From Microthrixaceae bacterium (GTDB taxonomy: Bacteria; Actinomycetota; Acidimicrobiia; Acidimicrobiales; Microtrichaceae): 64,000 bases of DNA. The position numbers and the translations under genes are program-made. The DNA lies in contig JAWKIF010000016.1 in NCBI GenBank assembly GCA_041394405.1, forward strand, positions 1,202-65,201, given 5' to 3'. The number at the start of each line of letters is the position of its first letter. The stretch's first letter is position 1. The notes under the pieces were generated by a model, which was given only the letters and a program-made list of their open reading frames with translations, did no database searches and was not told the origin of the DNA. Below, in pieces: positions 63,780 to 64,000 of the stretch.

Positions 63780-64000
63780 CCTGCCCGGTCGATGCCGCCG
63801 AACACGCTGCGGAGGCGCTGCGGACGGTGAACCACCTCACCATCGCCGCACCTGCCCCGAGCACGCCGGGATGGGAGGACGTCGGCGACCTCTACCGGGT
63901 CCTCGGCGAGTTGCGGGTCCTGGCAGAGCGCCTGTCCCAGACGTGCGGCCAACTCGCTCGACACCTCCAACGTCCCGCCGCAGGCCGTGCCTACGAGGTC
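63776..64000 (+). CDS. Hypothetical protein, 5' fragment (runs off the window)
   Basis: Own translation from GTG 63776, which overlaps the integrase stop as GTGA: VTCPVDAAEHAAEALRTVNHLTIAAPAPSTPGWEDVGDLYRVLGELRVLAERLSQTCGQLARHLQ... The frame is open to the window end with high GC3. Not in the ORF track because it lacks a stop. Confidence 0.4.
   Translation, partial: MTCPVDAAEHAAEALRTVNHLTIAAPAPSTPGWEDVGDLYRVLGELRVLAERLSQTCGQLARHLQRPAAGRAYEV

Larger units (their letters stand above)
57545..64000. mobile_element. Probable integrated genomic island at the tRNA-Met 3' flank (right border not in window)
   Basis: tRNA flank, non-coding or decayed DNA, a defense-like operon with lower GC3 than neighbouring core genes, and a tyrosine integrase. 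No direct repeat of the tRNA 3' end was found in the window, so limits are unresolved. Confidence 0.5.

Overview
High-GC, actinobacterial-type chromosomal segment. WhiB regulators, UPF0182, a DivIVA-domain protein and F420/LLM genes point to Actinomycetota; no finer placement is possible from sequence alone. About 57 kb is a dense run of ordinary core genes on both strands. These include an AAA+/vWA pair, two WhiB paralogs, TatA (a 53-aa gene missing from the ORF track), HtrA-like and Lon/PDZ proteases, polyphosphate kinase, MoaE, an orphan MreB and a five-gene Liv-type ABC importer. Further along are the DivIVA-domain protein, UPF0182, H+-pyrophosphatase, a CocE/NonD hydrolase, MsrA coupled to a membrane Mo-oxidoreductase, a class III adenylate cyclase, a glucosaminidase, MetRS, an LLM oxidoreductase, aldehyde dehydrogenase and NDH-2. 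Many long ORFs in the track are antisense or out-of-frame shadows typical of high-GC DNA and were rejected. The only RNA gene is an initiator-type tRNA-Met (57468-57544) with its own promoter and terminator. Directly downstream, gene content and codon usage change. After about 0.66 kb of unassignable DNA comes a tightly coupled three-gene operon (58269-62002). It encodes a Cap4/DUF4297-like PD-(D/E)xK nuclease, a small wHTH-like middle protein, and a 662-aa SMC/Rad50-like ABC ATPase with a central CxxC-x13-CxxC hook. A tyrosine integrase (62502-63779) follows. The operon has the architecture of Lamassu/DdmABC or ABC-three-component conflict systems and is the best candidate for a defense or novel system in this window. 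Family membership needs profile and structure searches that I cannot run. Other points worth a second look are an 8-bp x12 tandem repeat just upstream of a flavodoxin gene, a disulfide-domain/linker/...FTG-COOH module shared by two adjacent secreted proteins, a probable CTG start for mreB, and a possible c-di-AMP-type leader upstream of the glucosaminidase.
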